Below, piece by piece: positions 1 through 7,330 of a stretch of 14,048 nt of DNA. The stretch's first letter is position 1, and each line of letters opens with the position of its first letter. Where the stretch lies: NCBI GenBank assembly GCA_963833225.1, contig CAWHXD010000016.1, positions 1 through 14,048 on the forward strand. Direction: 5' to 3'. The translations under genes and the position numbers were made by a program. The notes beneath the pieces are model-generated. The model was given only the letters and a program-made list of their open reading frames with translations, was not told where the DNA came from and searched no databases. The DNA is from an uncultured Chloroflexia bacterium (GTDB lineage: Bacteria; Chloroflexota; Limnocylindria; Limnocylindrales; CSP1-4).

Positions 1-237
1 CCGTCCCCGGTGATGGATCACTCGAGGGTCATTGTCCGTGTCCGCCGTCCAACATGTCGCCAGGAGTACCGGTCCGGGACGACCGCGACGGGGTACTGTT
101 TACCCACGCTGCGGGGTGCTCATTCGGTGATCCTGGGCAACGGAAGCTCGATCGCATGAGCGGTCCGGTGATATTGGGCGAGGTTCGAGCCAGTCCGTGA
201 GTACTGGACACCGGTAGTACCAACGGTCAGCATGGTT

Positions 238-272
238 GTACCGCCCAAGGCAGCGGTACCGCCCAGGCAGCG
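238..272. repeat. Tandem imperfect direct repeat GTACCGCCCA(A)GGCAGCG x2
   Basis: 238-255 gtaccgcccaaggcagcg and 256-272 gtaccgcccaggcagcg differ by one A; ends 68 nt upstream of ATG 341. Confidence 0.85.
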
Positions 273-340
273 GGGATTGATCGCTCCATCTCGGAGCGCG
301 GCAGGGACTGCCGCAAGGAAGCAGGGACAGGGGACCAGAG

Positions 341-1378
341 ATGAACGGAACGCGAACGTTCCGCGCCGCAGGATGGCTTGCGGTGGCGGGCATGCTCGTG
401 ACGGCCCTGGTGGCGCCGTCAACCGCCCTTGCGGCGGGCCCGGGCAACAACGGGCTTGATCCGACAGGCAACGGCACCACCTCGAATGCGACGGTGGGCG
501 GTAGCCTTTCGGCCGCCGGCGGCAGCGCGACCATGGGCAGCGCCGTCATGTACTGCTCGAGCGACAACGTCGGCTCGGTCGGCGGCTCGTTCACGCTGAG
601 CAAGACCCTCGACGTGGGCTCCACGATCACGATCTACCTGGTGCCGAACACTGGCTCCGATGCCAGCCCGGCGGGGAACGTGACCAAGAACGAGGCCATG
701 ATCACGTTCGGCAACAGCAACCGGGCGTCCGGGACGGTGATCCCGTGGACGATCAACGTCACCCACGCGTTCACGGCCACCTCGGGCGGGATCCTGGGCG
801 TGTTCGCGAAGAACGCCGATGACACCGCGATCTCGTCGAGCAAGACCAACTCGCTCAACTGCACCGAGGCCCAGCCGACGGCGACCCCGACCGAGGCTCC
901 GACGGCGACCCCGACCGAGGCTCCGACGGCGACCCCGACCGAGGCTCCGACGGCGACCCCGACCGAGGCTCCGACGGCGACCCCGACCGAGGCTCCGACG
1001 GCGACCCCGACCGAGGCTCCGACGGCGACCCCGACCGAGGCTCCGACGGCGACCCCGACCGAGGCTCCGACGGCGACCCCGACCGAGGCTCCGACGGCGA
1101 CCCCGACCGAGGCTCCGACGGCGACCCCGACGCCGACACCGGTCGGTAGCGTCGAGGCCGCTACGGGCACGCCGACGCCGACGCCGACACCGGTCGGTAG
1201 CGTCGAGGCCGCTACGGGCACGCCGAACATCACGCCGCCGCCCACGGACGCGCTGACGTCGACGCCGTCCGGTCCGGACGGCTCGTGGCGGCTGGCGCTG
1301 ATCGGGATGGCCGGCATCCTCGCCGCAGCCCTCCTGCTCACGCCGGCACCGGCCACTCGCAGGAACCGCAAGCGCTAG
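341..1378 (+). CDS. Secreted/surface-anchored protein: signal peptide, beta-rich domain, Pro/Thr repeat stalk, C-terminal sorting-signal-like tail
   Basis: 345 aa; Sec signal ending ALA|A at residue 31; AGGGGA upstream of ATG; Cys72 and Cys174; (PTATPTEA)x10; TPPPTD, hydrophobic helix [18 protein letters not shown], tail TRRNRKR; hairpins follow the stop. Confidence 0.92.
   Translation: MNGTRTFRAAGWLAVAGMLVTALVAPSTALAAGPGNNGLDPTGNGTTSNATVGGSLSAAGGSATMGSAVMYCSSDNVGSVGGSFTLSKTLDVGSTITIYLVPNTGSDASPAGNVTKNEAMITFGNSNRASGTVIPWTINVTHAFTATSGGILGVFAKNADDTAISSSKTNSLNCTEAQPTATPTEAPTATPTEAPTATPTEAPTATPTEAPTATPTEAPTATPTEAPTATPTEAPTATPTEAPTATPTEAPTATPTEAPTATPTPTPVGSVEAATGTPTPTPTPVGSVEAATGTPNITPPPTDALTSTPSGPDGSWRLALIGMAGILAAALLLTPAPATRRNRKR
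875..1131 (+). repeat. Perfect 24-nt tandem repeat CCGACGGCGACCCCGACCGAGGCT, 10 copies plus a 17-nt partial
   Basis: Identical units 875-1114, partial 1115-1131; encodes PTATPTEA. Confidence 0.97.
1127..1226 (+). repeat. Two copies of a 51-nt-period repeat encoding [15 protein letters not shown]
   Basis: 1127-1175 matches 1178-1226. Confidence 0.92.
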
Positions 1379-1387
1379 ACGCACCGT

Positions 1388-1415
1388 GAGGAGGCCAGCT
1401 GACGCCGGCCTCCTC
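1388..1415 (+). terminator. Stem-loop just after the surface protein stop, probable terminator or 3' stabiliser
   Basis: GAGGAGGCC (1388-1396) pairs with GGCCTCCTC (1407-1415); no U-tract. Confidence 0.6.
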
Positions 1416-1443
1416 GACTCATATCGCTGTCCCCGAACCTTCA

Positions 1444-1473
1444 CGACCGGGATGCGACATCGCATCCCGGTCG
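1444..1473. terminator. Perfect 14-bp inverted repeat between convergent genes
   Basis: CGACCGGGATGCGA-ca-TCGCATCCCGGTCG, 26 nt beyond the MBL gene stop. Confidence 0.65.
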
Positions 1474-1499
1474 CTGCCTTGCCTCAGAGAACCGGGGCC

Positions 1500-2246
1500 T
1501 CAGAGATCAACGCTGACCCCCGGCCAGACGAACTCCACCGGGCCTGCGTACGCTGCGCGGACTGACGCGACCGTGGCCTCGGGGTCGAATCCCATCTGCA
1601 GATGCGTCAGCAGGGCCCGGGCCGGCCGGGTCGCCGCCGCAAGCCTGCCAACCGCGGGCCCATCGAGGTGCATCGCGCCGGCGGGAACCGGCCCCGGGCC
1701 GAACGCAGCCTCGGCGAGCAGCACGTCGCCAGGGCGGACGAGCGGCTCGACCTCAACCTCGCGGGCACAGTCTCCGGTGTAGACGAGGCCCGGCATCGCG
1801 TCGGCCTGGCTGATGCGCATCGCATAGCTCTCGTCCGAATGGGTGATCCGAACGGTCTGCAGCGTCAGATCTCCGATCCGGTGGGTACCCTGCCCCAGCG
1901 GATCGATGTCGAGGGACTCGCCCGCAAACCCGGGCTGACCCCAGAGCGCATCCAACCGAGCGGACAGATCGCGCGGTCCCAGCACCCTGACCCGCCGCGG
2001 CGGGTGGAACTCGTAGCGCAGGTAGTGACGCAGCGGGACGAGATCGATGAAATGATCGGGGTGCAGATGGCTGACCACGACCGCGTCGAGCTCGGCGGGC
2101 GGGAGATGCCGGAAGATCCTCGGGAACGACCCTTGGCCCAGGTCGAGCAGCACCCGCGTGGATCCCGTGGAGACCAGGTACGCGGCACCCGAGGAATCCT
2201 CGCGATCGGTGTACGCGGGTCCGGCCCCGAGCACCGTCAGGCGCAC
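1500..2246 (-). CDS. MBL-fold metallo-hydrolase (RNase Z/BN or cyclic-nucleotide phosphodiesterase-like)
   Basis: MRLTVLG start, LLDLG, SHLHPDH (HxHxDH), ITH, YTGD, AEA, MHL, LTHL motifs; GTG start. Confidence 0.92.
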   Translation of the reverse strand: MRLTVLGAGPAYTDREDSSGAAYLVSTGSTRVLLDLGQGSFPRIFRHLPPAELDAVVVSHLHPDHFIDLVPLRHYLRYEFHPPRRVRVLGPRDLSARLDALWGQPGFAGESLDIDPLGQGTHRIGDLTLQTVRITHSDESYAMRISQADAMPGLVYTGDCAREVEVEPLVRPGDVLLAEAAFGPGPVPAGAMHLDGPAVGRLAAATRPARALLTHLQMGFDPEATVASVRAAYAGPVEFVWPGVSVDL

Positions 2247-2430
2247 TGCGGGTTCAACTTCATGGGACGGTCCCCGAGAGCGGTCATCAGCTGGCTCGAG
2301 CAGCCTAGCGTGAACAGCCTAACGCCTCGCCCTGGGCTGGACGGGCGCTTCCTGCAGGGTCAGCGCCTGGCCACCGTCACGGACGCGGATCGCCGCAAAT
2401 GCCCCTCGAGCGGGACGTGCGGGGATCGGC

Positions 2431-3443
2431 TCAGTGACCCGGGGGGTTGGGAGTGGTGCCGGGGCCCTTCGGGGTGGGGTGGGGCTTGTCCGTGCCAGGC
2501 TTGCCCGGATCTGGAGTCGCCGCCGGACCGGTGACTCCCCCGTTGCCGCCGGCATTGGACCCACCGTTGCCGTTGCCGCCGGCATTGGACCCACCGTTGC
2601 CGTTGCCCCCGGCACTTGTCCCGTTGCCGCCGGCATTGGACCCACCGTTGCCGTTGCCCCCGGCACTTGTCCCGTTGCCGCCGGCATTGGACCCACCGTT
2701 GCCGTTGCCCCCGGCACTTGACTCCCGTTGCCGCCGGCATTGGACCCACCGTTGCCGTTGCCGCCGGCATTGGAGCCTCCGCTCAGCCTGTCGATGACGT
2801 TGCTCGAGTGCGTCAGGGCGTTCTCGAGCCCCTTGACCGATGGTCCGGTCGCGGATGTGAGCAGATGCTCGAGCACGGTCTGATGAAACTCGACCGCTTG
2901 CAGCGCTCGACCAGAGGATGCCCCGGCCGGCGATCCGAGCTCCTGGATGGACCGGTCGTAGGCCGAGATCGCCGCGCTCACCGCGCCCGCATCACCCCGG
3001 CCAGCGGCATCGACGATGTCGGCGAGGCGGGCCTGGGCCTGAGCCAGCTCGGCATTGAGTCGGGCCTCCGGCTGCGAGGGCAGCAGCATCGTCTCCACGT
3101 TGAGCCGGGCTTCGTAGAGGGGTCCGCCGGCTCTTGAGGCGGCGAACGACGTCGAGCCGACCAGCAGCCCGGCCAGGACCGCTGCCGCCAGCGACACGCC
3201 GATCCGCCTCTGGCCCCAGGCCGAGAACGGGAGCCGTGTCGGACCACCGGCGCTTGCCATCGATGGGTTCGGCAGCGCGCCACCCACGAAATGCCGGCGC
3301 CAGGCCTCCTTGGTCACCGCCGCCCGGGCGCGCCGCGTCTGCGCCGCGCTGGGATCCAGCCGGACGCGCGCGTACCGAGCGAGCATCCGCTCCAGCTCGT
3401 CGCCCGCGGTGGGTTCCAGTGCCTGCATCTCGTCCTCGTTCAC
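2431..3443 (-). CDS. Membrane-anchored anti-sigma factor (DUF5667/RsbN-like), frameshifted by a 2-nt insertion at 2721-2722
   Basis: GTG overlaps the sigma TGA (GTGA, 3440-3443); N-terminal helical region, TM segment, AGGPLYEARLNVE resembling DUF5667 PGDxLY; helical extracellular region. As sequenced the ORF runs to 2319; without the insertion it is 336 aa ending PGTTPNPPGH* at 2431. Confidence 0.8.
2540..2774 (-). repeat. Composite tandem array of 30-nt (A) and 21-nt (B) units encoding Gly/Asn-rich NGGSNAGGNG and TSAGGNG
   Basis: On + strand A=ccgttgccgccggcattggacccaccgttg at 2540, 2570, 2621, 2672, 2725, partial at 2755; B=ccgttgcccccggcacttgtc at 2600, 2651 and a 23-nt variant at 2702. 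Confidence 0.93.
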
Positions 3444-4030
3444 CGGCCGTCCCCCGAGACCCTGGCCGGGCGTTGGTCGGTGCTGGCCTCGATGCCGAGC
3501 TCCCGACGGAGTGCCGCGATGGCCCGGAACTGGAGGCCCCGAACGGTGCCTTCGTGCCGGTCCATCGCCACCGCCGCTTCCTTTGCCGAGAGACCGGCGA
3601 AGAACCGCAGCTCGATGGCCTCGCGCTGCTCCGGCGTCAACCGACGCAGCGCCGATGTGACGCTGTCCATCTCCTGTCGGAGCACCGCCAGCTCGTCCGG
3701 CCCGTCATCGGCGGCGGGTCGTTCGGTCGCCAGGTCGAGCGGGACATGCTCGCGGCGCGTCCGGAAATGATCGATGACAATATTCCTGGCCAGCTTGAAC
3801 AGCCAGCCCCCGAACGGGACACCCCGCGATTGGTAGCGCGGCAGCGCCTCCAGGGCCTTGACGAAGACAAGCTGCGCCAGGTCCTCCGCGTCGCTCGGGC
3901 GGTTGACGCGGGCGGCGACGTAGCGGTACACGGGCCCGTGGTAGTGGTCGAACAGGGACCCGAATGCCTCCGGATCGCCATCCTGAGCCGCCGCCACGAG
4001 GCGCGTGATTGCCTCGTCGTCGACCGTCAT
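3440..4030 (-). CDS. ECF sigma-70 factor, BldN-like
   Basis: AQDGDPEAFGSLF, DAEDLAQLVF, FGGWLFKLARNIVIDHFR (region 2); LTPEQREAIELRFFAGLS...EGTVRGLQFRA (region 4); ATGA overlap with the upstream gene. Confidence 0.95.
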   Translation of the reverse strand: MTVDDEAITRLVAAAQDGDPEAFGSLFDHYHGPVYRYVAARVNRPSDAEDLAQLVFVKALEALPRYQSRGVPFGGWLFKLARNIVIDHFRTRREHVPLDLATERPAADDGPDELAVLRQEMDSVTSALRRLTPEQREAIELRFFAGLSAKEAAVAMDRHEGTVRGLQFRAIAALRRELGIEASTDQRPARVSGDGR

Positions 4031-5010
4031 AACGAACCGCGTTCCCCCGTGTTAGGCCCGGACCAGCGCCCCTGGTCCCTCAAGCAGATCGGCACGGTGA
4101 CCCGCTGGCCCCCGCGCCGGAACGTGAGCACCTCGAACCCGGCGCTCGCGGCATGACGATACGCTTCCCCGAGGCCGTACGAAAAGCAGTCGATCCGGTG
4201 CGCGTCCGATCCGATGGTCACGTGCCGACCGCCCATCGCCCGGTAGCGCGCCACGATCGCGGGCGTCGGATACGTCTCGCGCGGGAGCTGGCGCAGCCCC
4301 GACGCGTTGACCTCGAGCGCCGTCCCCGACTCGACGAGGCCCGCAAGCACCGGCTCATACAGCTCCGGAGCCGCGGCGAGCTGGGCGGGCATCACGTGCG
4401 GGAAGAGGTACCGCTTGACGTAGTCCAGGTGCCCGATGGTGTCGAACAGCGTCGACCGCGCAGCGGCGATGACCTCCTCGAAGTACGGACGCACGATCTC
4501 CGGCAGCGACCGCCCGGTCACGAACGAGGCGACGTTTGCTGCCTTGTACGGTGAGTCCGAGCTCACGTGGACGCTGCCGATCACGAAGTCGTGCGGGTGC
4601 TGCCGGAGCCAGCCGCGGATGTCCTCCTCGTGCCGGTGTTCGTAGGTCACCTCGACGCCGAACCGGACGGCCAGGCCGCGGTCCGCCCAGCGACCCGCCG
4701 CCTCGCGTACGTCCCGCTCCCGGTCCGCGAACGACGCATACGCGTACGCCGGCATGCCGGGATCGAAGTCGACGTGGTCGGTGATCGCGATCTCGGCGAT
4801 GCCGCGCTCGACAGCCAGCGCGCAGTACGACTCGATCTGGACGTCGGCGTCGGGGGAGCGGACCGTGTGGAGGTGGGCGTCGAGCGGCAGGTCGCGCGAC
4901 TCGCCCAGACCGGCTGCGATTCCCGCCAGCCAGGCCTCGCGCTCCAGCTCCGCGCGCGTTCGGGTGTCGGCGGGGCTGGAGGAGCCGGACGCCCGGGCGC
5001 GCTCGCTCAT
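4027..5010 (-). CDS. Histidinol-phosphatase HisJ/HisK-family PHP domain protein
   Basis: DAHLHT, ITDH, GVE, IGSVH, GHLD, EVNASG, GSDAH metal-ligand motifs. Confidence 0.9.
   Translation of the reverse strand: MSERARASGSSSPADTRTRAELEREAWLAGIAAGLGESRDLPLDAHLHTVRSPDADVQIESYCALAVERGIAEIAITDHVDFDPGMPAYAYASFADRERDVREAAGRWADRGLAVRFGVEVTYEHRHEEDIRGWLRQHPHDFVIGSVHVSSDSPYKAANVASFVTGRSLPEIVRPYFEEVIAAARSTLFDTIGHLDYVKRYLFPHVMPAQLAAAPELYEPVLAGLVESGTALEVNASGLRQLPRETYPTPAIVARYRAMGGRHVTIGSDAHRIDCFSYGLGEAYRHAASAGFEVLTFRRGGQRVTVPICLRDQGRWSGPNTGERGSL
4029..4056 (-). promoter_or_regulatory. Candidate ECF promoter CCTAAC-N16-CGTTAT
   Basis: Minus strand reads CCTAAC acgggggaacgcggtt CGTTAT; AAC/CGT ECF pattern directly at the sigma gene 5' end. 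Confidence 0.6.
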
Positions 5011-5017
5011 GCGCGGG

Positions 5018-6244
5018 TCACCCGCGGATCACGCCCAGCTCGCGACCCACCCGATCGAACGCCTCGAGGGCCCGGTCCAGGAGCTCGTCCGTGTGGGCAG
5101 CTGTGACGATGGTCCGGATGCGGGCGCGATCAAGGGCAACGGTCGGGAACACCACCGAGGTGCCGAACACCCCCTCCTCGAACAGACGGTCGCTGAACCG
5201 GATGGTCGTCTCCGGGTCCCCCAGGATCACGGGTGTGATCGGCGTCTCGCTGCGACCGATGTCGAACCCGAGCCGGCCGAGCTCGGCCTTGAAGCGGCGG
5301 GTGTTCGCCCACAGGCGCTCGATGAGTTCGGGCTCCTCGTCCATGATCCGGATCGCCTCCCGACAGGCCGCGGCGACGGCGGGCGGATGCGAGGTGGAGA
5401 ACAGGAACGGACGAGCTCGCTGGATGAGGATGTCGCGTAGCGACCGGCTGCCGGCGACGTAGCCGCCGAGCACGCCCACCGCCTTGGACAGCGTCCCAAC
5501 CTGGACCGCGACCCGGCCCTTGAGCCCGAAGTGGTCGACCGAGCCACGCCCGTTGCGACCGAGGACGCCGGACGCATGCGCGTCGTCGACCAGCACGGCC
5601 GCTCCGTACGCCTCGGCAGCCTCGACGATGCCGGGCAGCGGCGCGATATCACCGTCCATGCTGAACACGCCGTCGGTGACCACGAGGATCAGGCGATACG
5701 GTTCACCGTGTCCGTCGCGGCCCTTCTCGGTGGCCTCGCGGAGCACCTCGCGCAGGCCTTCGACGTCCGCATGCGGGAACACCTTGCGCGGTGCCTTGGA
5801 GAGCCGCATGCCATCGATGATGCTGGCGTGGTTGAGCTCGTCGGACACGATCAGGTCGGTCTCGCCGGTGATCACCGGGATCACGCCCGTGTTGGCGGCG
5901 AAGCCGGACTGGAACGTGAGCACCGCTTCGGTGTCCTTGAATGCGGCGAGCTCCGTCTCGAGCGCCTCGTGGAGGGACATCGTGCCGGCGATGGTGCGGA
6001 CGGCCCCCGAGCCTGCCCCGAACTGCCGGACGGCCTCCATGGCGACGGCCTTCATCCGTGGGTGGTGGGACAACCCCAGGTAGTCGTTGGACGAGAGGCT
6101 GATCACCCGGCGGTCATCGAGCGACACGATCGGACCCTGGGCCGAGCTCATCACGCGCAGCGGCCGGTACAGGTGGCGCTCGCGGAGGGCCGCCAGGTCA
6201 TCGTCCAGGAATGCGAGCGGGTTGGGGCGCGAAGCCGTTCCCAT
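5018..6244 (-). CDS. kbl: Glycine C-acetyltransferase (2-amino-3-ketobutyrate CoA ligase)
   Basis: SSNDYLG, AVRTIAGT, SDELNHASIIDG, TDGVFSMDGD, DDAH, GTLSKA (PLP lysine); GGAGGAG RBS; adjacent to tdh. Confidence 0.92.
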   Translation of the reverse strand: MGTASRPNPLAFLDDDLAALRERHLYRPLRVMSSAQGPIVSLDDRRVISLSSNDYLGLSHHPRMKAVAMEAVRQFGAGSGAVRTIAGTMSLHEALETELAAFKDTEAVLTFQSGFAANTGVIPVITGETDLIVSDELNHASIIDGMRLSKAPRKVFPHADVEGLREVLREATEKGRDGHGEPYRLILVVTDGVFSMDGDIAPLPGIVEAAEAYGAAVLVDDAHASGVLGRNGRGSVDHFGLKGRVAVQVGTLSKAVGVLGGYVAGSRSLRDILIQRARPFLFSTSHPPAVAAACREAIRIMDEEPELIERLWANTRRFKAELGRLGFDIGRSETPITPVILGDPETTIRFSDRLFEEGVFGTSVVFPTVALDRARIRTIVTAAHTDELLDRALEAFDRVGRELGVIRG

Positions 6245-6261
6245 GCGTGTCTCCTCCGGCC

Positions 6262-7290
6262 CTACGCCGTCCAGTCCAGGATCACCTTGCCCGAATCGCC
6301 TGAACGGGCGGTGGCGAACGCGGTCTCGAACTCCCGATACGGGAAGCGGTGCGTGATGGCCGGCGTGATGTCGAGCCCCGACTGGAGCATCACGGTCATC
6401 TTGTACCAGGTCTCGTACATCTCGCGGCCGTAGATGCCGCGGATCGTGAGCAGCTTGAACACGATCTCGTTGACGTCGAGGCTGATGTCATCGGAGGGGA
6501 TGCCCAGGATCGCGATCGAGCCGCCGTGCGCCATGTTGTCGAGCACGGTGCGGATCGCCGCCGGATTGCCGGACATCTCGAGCGCGACATCGAAGCCCTC
6601 GACCATGCCGAGCTCGTGCTGAACGTCGGCGAGGTCGCGCTCACGAGGGTCGACGGCGACGGTCGCGCCCATCCGGGTGGCGATCGCTCGCCGTACCGGG
6701 TTCGGCTCGCTGACCACGACGAACCGGGCGCCAGCGTGGCGGACGACCGCGGCGGCCATGAGACCGATCGGCCCGGCGCCGGTGATCAGCACGTCCTCGC
6801 CGAGCACGGGAAAGGCAAGCGCCGTATGGACCGCGTTGCCGAACGGATCGAAGATCGCCGCGACATCGGGATCGATGCCCGGCCAGTGATGCCACACGTT
6901 GGTCATCGGCAGGGCGACGTACTCCGCGAAGGCGCCGTCCCGGTTCACACCCAGGCCGACCGTATGGGCGCACAGGTGGCGGCGTCCCGCCATGCAGTGA
7001 CGGCACAGGCCACACGTCACGTGGCCCTCGCCGCTCACGATGTCGCCAGGCGCGAAGTCCGCGACGTTCGAGCCGATCTCGACCACCTCGCCCACGAACT
7101 CGTGCCCCACGACGAGCGGCGGCTCGATCGTGCGCGCCGCCCACGCATCCCAGGACTCGATGTGCAGGTCGGTGCCGCAGATGCCGGTCTTGTGGACCCG
7201 GATCAGCACGTCATTGATGCCGAACGTCGGGTCGGGCACGGTCATCAGGCTGAGCCCGGGACCTCGTTCCGCCTTCACCAGCGCCAGCAT
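6262..7290 (-). CDS. tdh: L-threonine 3-dehydrogenase
   Basis: Start reassigned to ATG 7290 (MLALVK, GAGGAG RBS), 342 aa; CGTDLH, GHE, CGLCRHC...C zinc site, [28 protein letters not shown]. Confidence 0.96.
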   Translation of the reverse strand: MLALVKAERGPGLSLMTVPDPTFGINDVLIRVHKTGICGTDLHIESWDAWAARTIEPPLVVGHEFVGEVVEIGSNVADFAPGDIVSGEGHVTCGLCRHCMAGRRHLCAHTVGLGVNRDGAFAEYVALPMTNVWHHWPGIDPDVAAIFDPFGNAVHTALAFPVLGEDVLITGAGPIGLMAAAVVRHAGARFVVVSEPNPVRRAIATRMGATVAVDPRERDLADVQHELGMVEGFDVALEMSGNPAAIRTVLDNMAHGGSIAILGIPSDDISLDVNEIVFKLLTIRGIYGREMYETWYKMTVMLQSGLDITPAITHRFPYREFETAFATARSGDSGKVILDWTA

Positions 7291-7330
7291 GGCTGTCTCC
7301 TCGTCCCGTGCGGGCAGGCCCGCGTCGTCC

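Noticed and set aside
875-1131. Repeat array as CRISPR
   Set aside because: No spacers; in-frame coding tandem repeat
419-1465. Arg-rich and Val/Gly-repeat ORFs overlapping the surface protein gene
   Set aside because: Alternate-frame and antisense shadows of the stop-free GC-rich repeat
2250-2300. CTGATGA on the minus strand as hammerhead ribozyme or fluoride riboswitch core
   Set aside because: No GAAA partner with a closing stem II, and no GGYGATG..TCRCC 5' hairpin
5018-6244. bioF (8-amino-7-oxononanoate synthase) call
   Set aside because: Adjacent tdh and absence of bio genes favour kbl; dual activity is not excluded
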